Positions 25,010-35,054 of a stretch of DNA of 64,000 bases are shown in pieces. How positions within the stretch are numbered: position 1 is the first letter of the stretch; every line of letters starts with the position of its first letter. The DNA is from Vicinamibacterales bacterium (GTDB lineage: Bacteria > Acidobacteriota > Vicinamibacteria > Vicinamibacterales > UBA2999), in NCBI GenBank assembly GCA_035495795.1, contig DATJFF010000252.1:4745-68744 (forward strand), in the 5' to 3' direction. Both the position numbers and the translations under genes were made by a program. Under the pieces are notes generated by a model. The model did not search any database and had not been told where the DNA came from. It saw only the letters and a program-made list of their open reading frames with translations.

Positions 25010-27064
25010 TCAACGCCGCACGGCGCCGGCTTCCCGGGCGAGCAGCTCGACCACCTCGGTGGTGGCGCTCTCGACCTCGGCGTCGGTGAGGGTGCGTTCG
25101 GGAGACTGAAATGTCAACCGCAACGCGAGACTCACCTTGCCGTCGGGAATGCCCTTGCCCTGGTAACGGTCGAACTCGACAACGCTGACCAGCGTCTCCG
25201 GCGCGTGCGATCGAATGGTGCCACGAACGATGGCGGCAGACAAGGATTCGTCGACGAGCAATGCGATGTCGCGCACCGTGGCCGGATAGCGGGGCAGTGG
25301 CATGGCTCGCTTCGCCGTGCTCGCGCCGGCTGGGGCCAGTACGTCGAGTGCAACCTCGGCCGCCCAGACGACGTCGTTGGCTGGCACGTCGTGCGCGTCC
25401 GTAACCTCGCTCCGGAGCTGTCCCAACCAACCGACGACCCTGTCGCCGCGCTTGACGATGGCGGCGCGTCCGGGTACGAGCACACGGTGCGGCATGGATC
25501 CGTCAGCGGGAAGGTCTACCGCGAGGGTCACGTCGAACTGTGCGGCCACGGCCTCGACCACGCCTTTCATATCGAAGAAGTCGGCGTCGCGCCGCCCGCC
25601 GCTCCAGTGATCTGGTGTGGCCAGACCGGTCCAGGCCAGCGCCAGCACGCGCTCTTCGCCGCTGCGGGCGAACCGCGTCCCGATCTCGAAGAGCTGAACG
25701 TCGCGCCGGCCGTGCCGCCGGTTGTGGCCGACCGCCGCGATGACACCCGGTACCAGGCTCGGCCGCATCACGGCGAACTTCTCGGAGAGCGGGTTGGCCA
25801 GCGTGACCGCCTTGCCGTCGCCGAACGGCTCCGCATACCGCGCTTCGATGAACGCGAAGCTGATTGCCTCGGAGAAGCCGCTTCCGAGGGCGATTTGCCG
25901 GACGCGCCCATCGCGGGTGATGCGCGGGTCTGAGGGCGACGGCGCTTGCTGCACTCCGGGGAACGTTGTCGGGAGGTGCTCGAAGCCATGGTGACGGCCG
26001 ACCTCCTCGACGAGGTCCACGTCCCGGTGAACGTCGATGCGCCATCCGGGCGCGCGGACCCACCAGCCGCCGTCGCCGGCGTTGACCTCGAAGCCGAGCG
26101 CCTCCAGGATCCGCCGGACTTCGTCATTCGCCACCTGCATCCCGAGGAGGCCGGCAATGCGAGGCTGGGGCAGCCAGATTCTGGCCGGCTCGTATCGGCG
26201 CGGATAGGCGTCAATGATCGGACCGGCGGCCTGGCCCGCTCCAATCTGCTGAAGCAGTTCGCAGGCGCGTGCCATCGCCAGCGGCGGGGCGGTGATGTCG
26301 GCGCCGCGCTCGAAACGCATCGAGGCCTCCGTCCGAAGCCCCAGCTTGCGGCTGGTGGCACGAACCGACTGCGGCTTGAACCACGCCGCCTCGAATACGA
26401 TGCGCCGCGTGCCGCCGGCGACTTCCGACTCGGCCCCGCCCATCACGCCGCCGATGGCGGAGGCATGGGCCGCGTCGGCGATCACGAGCATGTCAGGGCT
26501 CAACGTCCGCTGCTTGCCATCGAGCGTCTTGATCGACTCCCCGGGCCGCGCGGGACGGACCACGATGGCCGGACCGTCGAGCCGTGCGTGGTCGAACGCG
26601 TGCATCGGGTGGCCGATCTCCAGCAGCACGTAGTTCGTGACGTCCACGACGTTGTTGATCGGGCGCACGCCGCACGCGGTCAGCCGGTCGGCCAGCCAGG
26701 GCGGCGACGGGCCGATCGTCACATCAGCAATCGCGCCGACATAGCGCGAGCAGAGTTCCGGAGCCTCGATCGTGATCGGGAGCGTAGCTCCTGACGCCGC
26801 CGACGCGGCGGCGGCGAACGGCGCGAGCCGCGCCGCCGGGGCGCGGAACGGCAGGCCGTAGGCCACCGCGATCTCGCGCGCGATGCCGGTAATCGACAGG
26901 CAGTCGGGACGGTTGGCGGTGACGTCGAAATCGAGGAGCGCGTCGCTGCCGGCGGTCTCCAGGCCCTCGAGGGCGAGCCCGCGCATCGACATCTTGCGGC
27001 CGATGGCTTCGGCCGATTCGTCGACGTCGACGAACTCACGGACCCACGACAGCAGCACCTTCAT
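25010..27064 (-). CDS. pheT: phenylalanine--tRNA ligase beta subunit
   Basis: MKVLLSWVREFVDV start overlaps the pheS stop (ATGA). B3/4, B5 and FDX-ACB domain order. The track ORF has an N-extension. Confidence 0.9.
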   Translation of the reverse strand: MKVLLSWVREFVDVDESAEAIGRKMSMRGLALEGLETAGSDALLDFDVTANRPDCLSITGIAREIAVAYGLPFRAPAARLAPFAAAASAASGATLPITIEAPELCSRYVGAIADVTIGPSPPWLADRLTACGVRPINNVVDVTNYVLLEIGHPMHAFDHARLDGPAIVVRPARPGESIKTLDGKQRTLSPDMLVIADAAHASAIGGVMGGAESEVAGGTRRIVFEAAWFKPQSVRATSRKLGLRTEASMRFERGADITAPPLAMARACELLQQIGAGQAAGPIIDAYPRRYEPARIWLPQPRIAGLLGMQVANDEVRRILEALGFEVNAGDGGWWVRAPGWRIDVHRDVDLVEEVGRHHGFEHLPTTFPGVQQAPSPSDPRITRDGRVRQIALGSGFSEAISFAFIEARYAEPFGDGKAVTLANPLSEKFAVMRPSLVPGVIAAVGHNRRHGRRDVQLFEIGTRFARSGEERVLALAWTGLATPDHWSGGRRDADFFDMKGVVEAVAAQFDVTLAVDLPADGSMPHRVLVPGRAAIVKRGDRVVGWLGQLRSEVTDAHDVPANDVVWAAEVALDVLAPAGASTAKRAMPLPRYPATVRDIALLVDESLSAAIVRGTIRSHAPETLVSVVEFDRYQGKGIPDGKVSLALRLTFQSPERTLTDAEVESATTEVVELLAREAGAVRR

Positions 27065-28161
27065 CGGCCGAATTGCTCCAGGAATCGCAAATCGTTTTCG
27101 TAGAACAGGCGGATGTCCTCGACGCCCCACTTGAGGAGCGCGACGCGCTCGATCCCCATGCCGAAGGCAAAGCCGGTGACCTCGTCGGGGTCGTAGCCGA
27201 CGAACTCGAAGACCGCCGGGTGCACCATGCCACTGCCGAGGATCTCGACCCACCCGGTACGTTTGCACACCGGGCAGCCGACGCCGTCGCAGCGAAGGCA
27301 CTGGATGTCAACTTCCGCGCTCGGCTCGGTGTAAGGGAAGAAGCTCGGACGGAACCGGACCGGCCGGCCGGCGCCGAAGAGTGCCGCGGCCATCGAGGTC
27401 AGCGTGCCCTTCAAATCGGCGAGGGTGACACCGCGCCCGACGACCAGCCCCTCGACCTGGTGGAACATCGGCGTGTGCGTCAGATCGAGGTTGTCGCGGC
27501 GGTAGACCGGCCCGATCGCGACGAGCCGGACCGGCGGATCCTGCCGCTCCATCTCGCGGATCTGCATCGCGGAAGTGTGCGTGCGCAGCAGTGTCAGCGG
27601 CTGCGGCTCGAGCGGCGCACGGCCGCGGGTTGGCGGCTCGTACGACGCCGGCATGAGCGGCTCGGCGAGATACAGGGTGTCTTGCATGTCCCGCGCGGGG
27701 TGCTCCGCGGGCATGTTGAGCGCCTCGAAGTTGTGGTAATCGTCCTCGATCTCCGGTCCCTCAAGCACCTGGTATCCGAGGCGCGAGAAAATCTCGCCGA
27801 CCTCGTCGCGAATCAGGCTGAGCGGGTGCCGGTAACCAAGCCGCGGGGCGCGTCCTGGCAGCGTGATGTCCACCGCGCCGGCAGGCCTCCTGGTGGCAGC
27901 CAGTTCCTGCTCGCGTCCGGCGAGCGCCGCTTCGACGTGCTTCTTCAGCTCGTTCGCGCCGCGGCCAAGCTGCTTCTTCTCCTCGGGCGTCGCCTGGGCG
28001 AGGCGCTCCATGAACGCGGCCACCCAGCTTCCCTGGCGCGCGATCCAGCGATTGCGGAGCGCCTGGACCGCGGCATCGGTCCGCGCCGCGGCCAACTCCT
28101 CATCGAAAAGCGCGCGCGCCCGGTCTGGGCCGATCGCCGGATCAATCGTCGTCGTGGTCAT
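27061..28161 (-). CDS. pheS: phenylalanine--tRNA ligase alpha subunit
   Basis: Class II motifs: HPARDMQDTLY, LRTHTS, FGMGIERVALL. Confidence 0.95.
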   Translation of the reverse strand: MTTTTIDPAIGPDRARALFDEELAAARTDAAVQALRNRWIARQGSWVAAFMERLAQATPEEKKQLGRGANELKKHVEAALAGREQELAATRRPAGAVDITLPGRAPRLGYRHPLSLIRDEVGEIFSRLGYQVLEGPEIEDDYHNFEALNMPAEHPARDMQDTLYLAEPLMPASYEPPTRGRAPLEPQPLTLLRTHTSAMQIREMERQDPPVRLVAIGPVYRRDNLDLTHTPMFHQVEGLVVGRGVTLADLKGTLTSMAAALFGAGRPVRFRPSFFPYTEPSAEVDIQCLRCDGVGCPVCKRTGWVEILGSGMVHPAVFEFVGYDPDEVTGFAFGMGIERVALLKWGVEDIRLFYENDLRFLEQFGR

Positions 28162-28175
28162 CGGCGGAATGATAC

Positions 28176-28211
28176 AGAAAGAGCCCCGAGAGAATGCTTC
28201 TCGCGGGGCTC
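28176..28211 (-). terminator. intrinsic terminator/attenuator-like hairpin just upstream of pheS
   Basis: mRNA GAGCCCCGCGAGAAGCAUUCUCUCGGGGCUC followed by UUUCUGUAUCAUU. Ends about 15 nt before the pheS ATG. Confidence 0.5.
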
Positions 28212-28222
28212 GGGTCAGGGTC

Positions 28223-28329
28223 GAGGCTCTGGGCTCTAGGCTTTAGGAAGAAACTCCTGTCACGCGAATCGCTCGATCTTGTGAGACAAGCGCTCTTCCT
28301 AGAGCCTAAAGCCTGAAGCCCAGAGCCTC
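28223..28329. repeat. inverted-arm hairpin element built of GGCTCTR heptamers (copy A)
   Basis: Left arm GAGGCTCTGGGCTCTAGGCTTTAGGAAGA. Right arm TCTTCCTAGAGCCTAAAGCCTGAAGCCCAGAGCCTC. Core AAACTCCTGTCACGC. The right arm abuts the rplT stop at 28330. Confidence 0.9.
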
Positions 28330-28692
28330 TCAAGCGGCCGGCGTCGCGGCCTTGACCTTATGCACCAGGGCCGCGAACGCAGCGGGCTCACGCGCCGCGA
28401 GCTCCGCGAGGCTCTTGCGATCCAGCTCGATGCCGGCGGTCTTGAGGCCCTTCATGAAGACGGAGTAGGTGAGACCGTTCTCACGGGCGGCGGCGTTGAT
28501 CCGCACGACCCAGAGACTGCGGTAGTCGCGCTTCTTGCGCTTGCGGCCGACGTAGGCGTACACGCCCGCCTTCTCCGCGGCCTCCCGCATGAACTTATAG
28601 AGCTTGCTCTTGTTCTGGAAGTAGCCCTTGGTGAGCTTTGAGAGCTTCTTGCGCTTCTGTCGACGAACGACTCCACGCTTGACGCGCGGCAT
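28330..28692 (-). CDS. rplT: 50S ribosomal protein L20
   Basis: [24 protein letters not shown].... Confidence 0.95.
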   Translation of the reverse strand: MPRVKRGVVRRQKRKKLSKLTKGYFQNKSKLYKFMREAAEKAGVYAYVGRKRKKRDYRSLWVVRINAAARENGLTYSVFMKGLKTAGIELDRKSLAELAAREPAAFAALVHKVKAATPAA

Positions 28693-28820
28693 GGTGACTC
28701 CTCTTCGCGTTCCATGGGGGCCCGCTTCTCGCGAGACTTGCGGCCGGCGACGCCATGTCGCGACCTCGAGACGCTCCGCAGCCGAAAAAGCCCCATGACG
28801 CAGGGCCGCGGAGAAGAACA

Positions 28821-28928
28821 GGCTCTAGGCTTCAGGCTCTGGGCTCTAGGAAAAACTCGTGTCACGCTGTGACCGCGTGAACACTGAGCTTTCTCTAGAG
28901 CCTAAAGCAAAGCCTAGAGCCTAGAGCC
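28821..28928. repeat. inverted-arm hairpin element built of GGCTCTR heptamers (copy B)
   Basis: GGCTCTA GGCTTCA GGCTCTG GGCTCTA ... core AAACTCGTGTCACGC ... CTCTAGAGCCTAAAGCAAAGCCTAGAGCCTAGAGCC. The right arm abuts the rpmI stop at 28930. Confidence 0.9.
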
Positions 28929-28929
28929 T

Positions 28930-29124
28930 TCACTTATACGGAAGCATCCGGTGCAGCTTGGGCGCGTCGGCCTCCGAGACCACCGCGGTGCCGCGCATGT
29001 GGCGCTTGCTTTTGGTGGTCTTGCCGGTCAGGATGTGGCGCTTGAATGCCGAGGCGCGGACGATCTTGCCGCTGCCGGTCTTCTTGAACCGCTTCGCGGC
29101 TCCGCGATGTGTCTTCAGCTTCAT
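28930..29124 (-). CDS. rpmI: 50S ribosomal protein L35
   Basis: [23 protein letters not shown].... Confidence 0.95.
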   Translation of the reverse strand: MKLKTHRGAAKRFKKTGSGKIVRASAFKRHILTGKTTKSKRHMRGTAVVSEADAPKLHRMLPYK

Positions 29125-29144
29125 GATTGTCGGTTAACCCTTCA

Positions 29145-29744
29145 CTAACCCTTGACTTCTTCGCCTTCCGGCTTCGCCGCGGGAGCTGCCTTCCGCGGCG
29201 CGGCGCCGCGCTTGGCGGTCAGAATCGTGTGCATCTGGTTGCCTTCCTGGCGCGGCATCGTCTCGGGCTGGGCCACTTCGGCCAGTTCCTCGAGGAGCCG
29301 CATCAGGATGCGATGGCCGATCTCCGGGTGCGCCATTTCGCGGCCCCGGAAGAACACCGTCGCCTTCACCTTGTCGCCCTCGCTCAAGAAGCGCTCGATG
29401 TGGTTCTTCTTGAACTGGTAGTCGTGCTCGTCCACCTTGGGGCGGAACTTGATCTCCTTGACCAGGATCACCTTCTGGTGTTTCTTCGCCTCGCGGGTCC
29501 GCTTCTGCTCCTGGTATTGGTACTTGCCGTAGTCCATGATCCGGCAGACCGGCGGCACCGCAGTGGGCGAGATCTCCACCAGGTCGAGCCCCTTCTGGCG
29601 CGCGATCGCCAGCGCCTGTGGCGGGGGCATGATGCCGAGCTGTTGTCCGGTGTCGTCGATGACCCGGATTTCGCGCACGCGAATGCGCTCGTTGATGCGG
29701 AGCCGGTCGTCCCGGCGGCCAGGGCGGTTACGATCGAAGGCGAT
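29145..29744 (-). CDS. infC: translation initiation factor IF-3, probable AUC start
   Basis: ...[24 protein letters not shown]..., [22 protein letters not shown] 6 nt upstream of an in-frame ATC at 29744. No in-frame ATG/GTG nearby. Confidence 0.8.
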   Translation of the reverse strand: MAFDRNRPGRRDDRLRINERIRVREIRVIDDTGQQLGIMPPPQALAIARQKGLDLVEISPTAVPPVCRIMDYGKYQYQEQKRTREAKKHQKVILVKEIKFRPKVDEHDYQFKKNHIERFLSEGDKVKATVFFRGREMAHPEIGHRILMRLLEELAEVAQPETMPRQEGNQMHTILTAKRGAAPRKAAPAAKPEGEEVKG

Positions 29745-29772
29745 AGCGGTCCTCCATAAACGGCAAAGACTC

Positions 29773-31704
29773 CTAGGATAACTGCTTGGACGCGACCTCG
29801 GCAAGTGCGTCGGTGACAAACGCGTCCAGGGGCCGGGCGCCGAGGTCGCCCTTGGCGCGGCTCCGCACCGCGACGGCCCGGTCTGCCGCCTCCCGATCCC
29901 CGACCACCAGCATGTAGGGGATCTTCTGGAGTTGGGCCTCGCGAATCTTGAGATTCACCTTCTCCTGGCGGTCGTCGAGCTCCGTCTTGATCCCGGCCTG
30001 TGACAGCGCCGCGGTGACCTCCTGCGCGTAGGACAGGTGCCGATCGGCAATCGGCAGCACGATCACCTGGACGGGCGCCAGCCACAGCGGGAAGGCGCCG
30101 GCGAAGTGCTCGAGGAGGATGGCGATGAAGCGCTCGAAACTGCCGAAGATGGCACGGTGAATCACCACCGGCCGGTGCTCGGCGTTGTCGGCGCCGACAT
30201 ACGTCAACTTGAACCGCTCGGGCGCGACGTAGTCCAGCTGGATCGTTCCGCACTGCCACTTGCGGCCCAGGGCGTCGGTGATGTCGAAGTCGATCTTCGG
30301 CCCGTAGAACGCACCGTCACCGGCGTTGATCCAGTAGGCCTGGCCAGCCTTCTCCAACGCTTCCTTCAAAGCGCCTTCGGCGTGGTCCCAGAGGGCAATC
30401 TCGCCGATGAACTTCTCCGGCCGCGTCGATAGCTTGGCCGTGTACTCGAGGCCGAAGTCGGCGTAGATGCCCTGAATCAGGCGGATCAGCGCCTCAACTT
30501 CCGACGCAATCTGCGACTCCATCAGGAAGCAGTGGCCATCGTCCTGCGAGAACTGGCGGACGCGCGTGAGCCCGCCGAGCACGCCCGACGCTTCGTTGCG
30601 GTGCAGCGGCGTCTGTTCGTGATAGCGGATCGGCATCTCGCGGTAGCTATGCTTCTCCGTCCCATAGAGCAGGTAGTGGCCGGGGCAGTTCATCGCTTTC
30701 AGCCCCATCTCGTCGCCGTCCGCCGACTCCACCAGGAACATGTTCTCCCGGTAGTGGGACCAGTGGCCCGACGTGATCCACAGCTCCTTGTTGTAGACGA
30801 TCGGCGTCTTGACTTCCTGGTAGCCGGCGGGGAACAGCTTGCCCCGCATGTAGTCGGCGAGCGTGTTGTAGAGCGTCGAGCCCTTGCCCGTCCAGAAGCC
30901 CGCGCCGGGCGCCCAGGGATGGAACGCGAAGAGCCCGAGCTCCTTGCCCAGCTTGCGGTGATCGCGCTTCTTCGCTTCCTCGATGCGCGTCAGGTGCTCG
31001 TCCAGCTCCTTCTGCGAGAAGAACGCCGTGCCGTACACCCGCTGCATCGGCTGGTTCTTCGCGTCACCTTTCCAGTAGGCGTTCGACGTCGTCGTCAGCT
31101 TGAAGGCCTTGAGCTTGCCCGTGGACGGGACGTGCGGACCGACGCAGAAGTCCACGAACGTGTCCTTGTCCTTGATCGTGTAGACGGAGACCTCGGGCTG
31201 GCCGGCCGTCTTCTCCTCGATCAGCTGCACCTTCAGCGGCTCGCCGCGCTGACGAAAGAACTCCATCGCCTCGTCGCGCGGCCACATCTGGCGCTCGTAG
31301 ACGTAGTTCGCCTGGGCCAGCTCGCGCATCTTGGCCTCGATGGCGGCGATATCCTCGGGCACGAACGGCCGCTCGACCACGAAATCGTAGAAGAAGCCCT
31401 CGTCAGTGGGCGGGCCGATCCCACACTGCACGGAGGGATGGAGCGCGGTAACGGCGGCGGCCAGCAGGTGCGCCGTCGAGTGACGATAGACTTCGAGCGC
31501 CTCCGGGTTCTTGTTCGTGACGATGCGCACCGCGGCGTCGGCGGTCAGCGGGTGATCGAGATCGACGAGCTTGTCGTTGACCCAGGCCACGAGCGCGGCG
31601 TCGGCGAGGCGCGGCGAGATCGCCATGGCCACGGCGGAGACCGGTGTCCCTGACTCCACGTGCTGGTGGGAGCCATCGGGAAGCGTGACTGTGATCTGAC
31701 TCAT
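29773..31704 (-). CDS. thrS: threonine--tRNA ligase
   Basis: [11 protein letters not shown] (TGS domain), HSTAHLLA, class II core, C-terminal anticodon-binding domain. Confidence 0.95.
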   Translation of the reverse strand: MSQITVTLPDGSHQHVESGTPVSAVAMAISPRLADAALVAWVNDKLVDLDHPLTADAAVRIVTNKNPEALEVYRHSTAHLLAAAVTALHPSVQCGIGPPTDEGFFYDFVVERPFVPEDIAAIEAKMRELAQANYVYERQMWPRDEAMEFFRQRGEPLKVQLIEEKTAGQPEVSVYTIKDKDTFVDFCVGPHVPSTGKLKAFKLTTTSNAYWKGDAKNQPMQRVYGTAFFSQKELDEHLTRIEEAKKRDHRKLGKELGLFAFHPWAPGAGFWTGKGSTLYNTLADYMRGKLFPAGYQEVKTPIVYNKELWITSGHWSHYRENMFLVESADGDEMGLKAMNCPGHYLLYGTEKHSYREMPIRYHEQTPLHRNEASGVLGGLTRVRQFSQDDGHCFLMESQIASEVEALIRLIQGIYADFGLEYTAKLSTRPEKFIGEIALWDHAEGALKEALEKAGQAYWINAGDGAFYGPKIDFDITDALGRKWQCGTIQLDYVAPERFKLTYVGADNAEHRPVVIHRAIFGSFERFIAILLEHFAGAFPLWLAPVQVIVLPIADRHLSYAQEVTAALSQAGIKTELDDRQEKVNLKIREAQLQKIPYMLVVGDREAADRAVAVRSRAKGDLGARPLDAFVTDALAEVASKQLS

Positions 31705-31760
31705 TTGGGATAACGGCGGTGACGGCCGTCCGCACCTTCGCGTGAACAGCGAGCGAAGGT

Positions 31761-31837
31761 TGGTAGGCACGGGCAGACTCGAACTGCCGACCTCCTGCGT
31801 GTCAAGCAGGCGCTCTAACCAACTGAGCTACGCGCCT
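31761..31837 (-). tRNA. tRNA-Val (anticodon GAC), CCA encoded
   Basis: AGGCGCG-UA-GCUC-AGUUGGUUA-GAGC-G-CCUGC-UUGACAC-GCAGG-AGGUC-GGCAG-UUCGAGU-CUGCC-CGUGCCU-A-CCA, 77 nt cloverleaf. Confidence 0.9.
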
Positions 31838-31869
31838 ATGGCCGTCCAACGTCTCGTGACGGAACAAGG

Positions 31870-31878
31870 ATTATAGCA
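31870..31878 (-). promoter_or_regulatory. extended -10 box TGCTATAAT upstream of tRNA-Val
   Basis: Reverse complement of ATTATAGCA. Lies 32 nt upstream of the tRNA 5' end. Confidence 0.5.
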
Positions 31879-31884
31879 GAGGCC

Positions 31885-33060
31885 TCAGGCGGCCTTCTTC
31901 TCGGCGAACGAGGCAAGCGCCTTGTCGAGGACTGGATCCTCGGTCGGCGGGGTCTGGCCGAAGTCCCATGTCGGCTGTTCGACCGCGACGTCGGGGACGA
32001 GCCCCTTCTCGTGGATCGCGCCGCCGCCAGGAAGCAGGTAGAACATGTGGGTGAGCAGGATGCCAGCGCCATCCGGCAGCTTCACGAGCTTCTGCCGCGC
32101 TGCCCGCCCGCGGGTCCGTTCACCGATGATCTCGGCACGCTTGTTCCCCTGCAGCGCGCCGGCGAACAGTTCCGCGGCGCCTGCCGTGCCGTTGTCGGTA
32201 AGGAGCACCGCTGGCAGCGAGATCGAACCGTCGCCAGCGCCGCTCGGGATCGGCTCCTTCTCCTTGCCGCGGTCCTGCCGGTAGGCGAGGGTCCCGCTGG
32301 GGACGAACAGGTGGGCGGCCGCGAGGCCGCTTTCGACATCGCCGAACGCATTGCCGCGAAGGTCCACGACCAGGCGGGTTGCGCCAGCCTTCTGCAGCGA
32401 CGCCACCTCGGACTTGATCTGCTCGGCGCTGCCCTTGCCGAATTCCGCGATCCGCAGGTAACCAGTGCCGGGGCCCTGAATCTTGCCCTTCACTGGCAGC
32501 GGCGCCAGTTCTTCGCGCGTCAGTTCGATCTCGTGCGGATCGGCAGCGTTTCCGCGCAGCACCGTCAGCTTGACCTTGGTGCCCGGCTTGCCGCGCAGCA
32601 GGCGCGTGCCTTCGAACACCGACGTGTCGCGCGTGGACTGGCCATCGATGCCGCGGATGTAGTCGCCGGGCTGCAGGCCGGCCTTTGACGCGGGAGAGCC
32701 ATCCCGAGCCGCGATCACCCGGAGGTAGTACTGCCTGGTCAGCTCGATGCCGGTCTGACCAACCGGGAGAGCCTCGTTCCTCTCAAATGTCCCGACCTGG
32801 GCGACGTCCAGGTACGCCGAGTCGGGATCGAGACCGTCGGCGAGCCCGTGCATGGCACCGTGCATCACCTTGTCGATGTCCACTTCCTCGACGTAGTTGT
32901 TCGAGATGAGCGACACGACATCCTCGAAGATGCGCAGGTGCTCGTAGCTGCTGCCCTCTTCGCGGGCGGCCATCGCCCCGCTCATGAAGCCGCCGACCGC
33001 CGCAAACAGCACGATCGACATCGAGAGGGCGAGCACGAGCGCGCGAGCGCGACGGTTCAT
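31885..33060 (-). CDS. ctpA: S41 family carboxyl-terminal processing peptidase (PDZ domain)
   Basis: PDZ segment GLQPGDYIRGIDG. S41 core LLTDNGTAGAAELFAGALQ. ATGA overlap with the upstream M23 gene favours the start at 33060. Confidence 0.85.
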   Translation of the reverse strand: MNRRARALVLALSMSIVLFAAVGGFMSGAMAAREEGSSYEHLRIFEDVVSLISNNYVEEVDIDKVMHGAMHGLADGLDPDSAYLDVAQVGTFERNEALPVGQTGIELTRQYYLRVIAARDGSPASKAGLQPGDYIRGIDGQSTRDTSVFEGTRLLRGKPGTKVKLTVLRGNAADPHEIELTREELAPLPVKGKIQGPGTGYLRIAEFGKGSAEQIKSEVASLQKAGATRLVVDLRGNAFGDVESGLAAAHLFVPSGTLAYRQDRGKEKEPIPSGAGDGSISLPAVLLTDNGTAGAAELFAGALQGNKRAEIIGERTRGRAARQKLVKLPDGAGILLTHMFYLLPGGGAIHEKGLVPDVAVEQPTWDFGQTPPTEDPVLDKALASFAEKKAA

Positions 33061-34190
33061 GGTGAGCTCCTGAGCCATTGTAGGGGATCCGCCGGGCGGC
33101 CGTCGACGCGCACCTCGAAATACAGCGCGGCGGCACCGGCCGGGGCCAGCCCGACGGTGCCAATCACGCTCTGCCGCGACACCTTCGCGCCCCGCTCGAC
33201 CCGAGCTTCAGCCAGGTGGCCGTACATCGTGAAAGCGCCGCGCCCGTGGTCGACGATGATCAACGTGCCGAATCCCGAAAACGGCGCCGCGTACGCCACC
33301 AAGCCGCCGTGGACGGCGTGCACCGGCGTACCTTCCGGCGCCGCGATCTCGATGCCATTTCGGACGATGGCGGTGCCGAAACGGCTGTCGCGGCTGGCGC
33401 CGAAGCGGCTGAGCACCTTGCCGGCGACCGGCCACTCGAGCGCGCCGCGGAAGGGCTGGAAGGGGAGATCGGTCGGCGTTTCTCCCATCGCGTCCACGGT
33501 ACGCGTCAGCTGGACCTGGGCTTGTTGAAGTTCGGCCACGTATTGCGCCGCCTGGTCCCGCCGCCGGTCGAGTTGATCGATCGCCGTATTGCGCGCCTGG
33601 GCGGCCTTGTCCATCTGCAAACGGGCGTCGGCGGCGGCTTTCTGCGACGCCGCAACCTGCTGATGCCGGTTCTCGAGCGTCTCGAGCGCCTCGCGCTCCA
33701 ACTCCAGCGTTCGCCGATGTGTGTCCACCCGCACCTTGTCGAGGGTGGCGATCGCCGCGACGCCTCTGGTCAGGCGTCCGAACGCGCGGGGATCGTCCGA
33801 AGAGAGCAGAAGCCGTGCATAACCGCCGCGGCCGCGCTTGTAGATCGATTCGAGACGTTCGGCCAGCCCCGGCGTGCTGGCGACGCGTGCGGCCTCGAGC
33901 CGCTTGACGCGGGCCGCCGCCTCGTCACGTTCGCCGGTGACGGCCGCCAGAGCTGCATCGGCTTCCGTGACGCGTTGGAGCGCAATTGCACGATCGATCT
34001 CGAGCTTGCGCAGATCGCTGAGCAGGGTGCGGGTTTGCGCCGCGAGTTGATCGGCTTCGCGCTGAAGCCCGCGAATGCGCTCCGCGGCCCTCGCCGCAAG
34101 CGCGCGAGCATCCTCCGGGGCGGACTGGGCCAGGACGCCGGCCGTACCCGCCGCCACCAGGGCAATCGCTATCCCAGCTCGGCCGACCAT
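33057..34190 (-). CDS. EnvC-like murein hydrolase activator / M23 peptidase with coiled-coil N-domain
   Basis: Long coiled coil followed by an M23/LytM domain: GIEIAAPEGTPVHAVHGGLVAYA...GTLIIVDHG..FTMYGHL. Confidence 0.8.
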   Translation of the reverse strand: MVGRAGIAIALVAAGTAGVLAQSAPEDARALAARAAERIRGLQREADQLAAQTRTLLSDLRKLEIDRAIALQRVTEADAALAAVTGERDEAAARVKRLEAARVASTPGLAERLESIYKRGRGGYARLLLSSDDPRAFGRLTRGVAAIATLDKVRVDTHRRTLELEREALETLENRHQQVAASQKAAADARLQMDKAAQARNTAIDQLDRRRDQAAQYVAELQQAQVQLTRTVDAMGETPTDLPFQPFRGALEWPVAGKVLSRFGASRDSRFGTAIVRNGIEIAAPEGTPVHAVHGGLVAYAAPFSGFGTLIIVDHGRGAFTMYGHLAEARVERGAKVSRQSVIGTVGLAPAGAAALYFEVRVDGRPADPLQWLRSSP

Positions 34191-34214
34191 TCAGGCCAAT
34201 TGTAAGATCGACCG

Positions 34215-34529
34215 ATGCCCGTGCCGCCCGATTCGAACCCGCTCGTCATTTCCAGGGCCGAACTCCTGTGGCTGACGGCCGGCACGTGGCTGGGCGGCAT
34301 CTGCCTCCTCACGGTGCTGCCGCTGCTGCTGTTCCCGTGGCTCGGCATTGCCGTCGGCATGGCCCTGTCGTATGTCGTTTTCTTCCTGATCTGGCAGGCG
34401 GTGCAGGTCATCACGCAGCGCGTCCTCGGCACCGGCCCCGCGCTGCTCCGGATGCTCGCCCTGGTTGGGAGCGCAGCCGTCATCGCTTATTACCTGCGTG
34501 ACGCGCTGGTCACCGCTCCGCGTCTCTGA
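34215..34529 (+). CDS. hypothetical small membrane protein
   Basis: Three hydrophobic segments. No family recognised. Confidence 0.4.
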   Translation: MPVPPDSNPLVISRAELLWLTAGTWLGGICLLTVLPLLLFPWLGIAVGMALSYVVFFLIWQAVQVITQRVLGTGPALLRMLALVGSAAVIAYYLRDALVTAPRL

Positions 34530-34613
34530 CATCGCATCGCTGACGAGCTTCACCACGCACTCCGCGCCGCCACCTCGGCGGGGCGTGCTCGCCGCGCATC
34601 TTATACTGCGGCC

Positions 34614-35054
34614 GTGCGCGTTCTCGGCATCGACTACGGCGCGCGGCGCATCGGCCTGGCGCTGAGCGACGCCACCGGCACCCTGGCCTCGCCGTGGCGG
34701 CTGCTCGAACGGCCGCCGTCCGAGCGCGAGACGCTGCGGCTGGTCGCCGAACTCGTGGACGCGCTGCGCAACGAAGACGACAGTCTGGGGGCGATCGTGG
34801 TCGGGTGGCCGCGGCGGCTCGATGGCAGCCCGACCCATCAGACGCCGCTCGTGGAAGCGTTCAGGAGCGCGCTGTCGGAGCGCACCGGCCTCGACGTGAT
34901 CCTGCAGGATGAGCGCCTCTCCAGTCACGCAGCCGAAGAGCGCCTCACCGCTCGCGGCGTTCGCGACTGGCGCGACCGCAAGAAGAAGCTCGATGCGGCC
35001 GCGGCCGCTGTCATCCTTCAGGACTACCTCGATACCCGGGTGCCGGCGCGATGA
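34614..35054 (+). CDS. ruvX: Holliday junction resolvase-like pre-16S rRNA nuclease RuvX/YqgF
   Basis: MRVLGIDYGARRIGLALSD.... Confidence 0.9.
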   Translation: MRVLGIDYGARRIGLALSDATGTLASPWRLLERPPSERETLRLVAELVDALRNEDDSLGAIVVGWPRRLDGSPTHQTPLVEAFRSALSERTGLDVILQDERLSSHAAEERLTARGVRDWRDRKKKLDAAAAAVILQDYLDTRVPAR

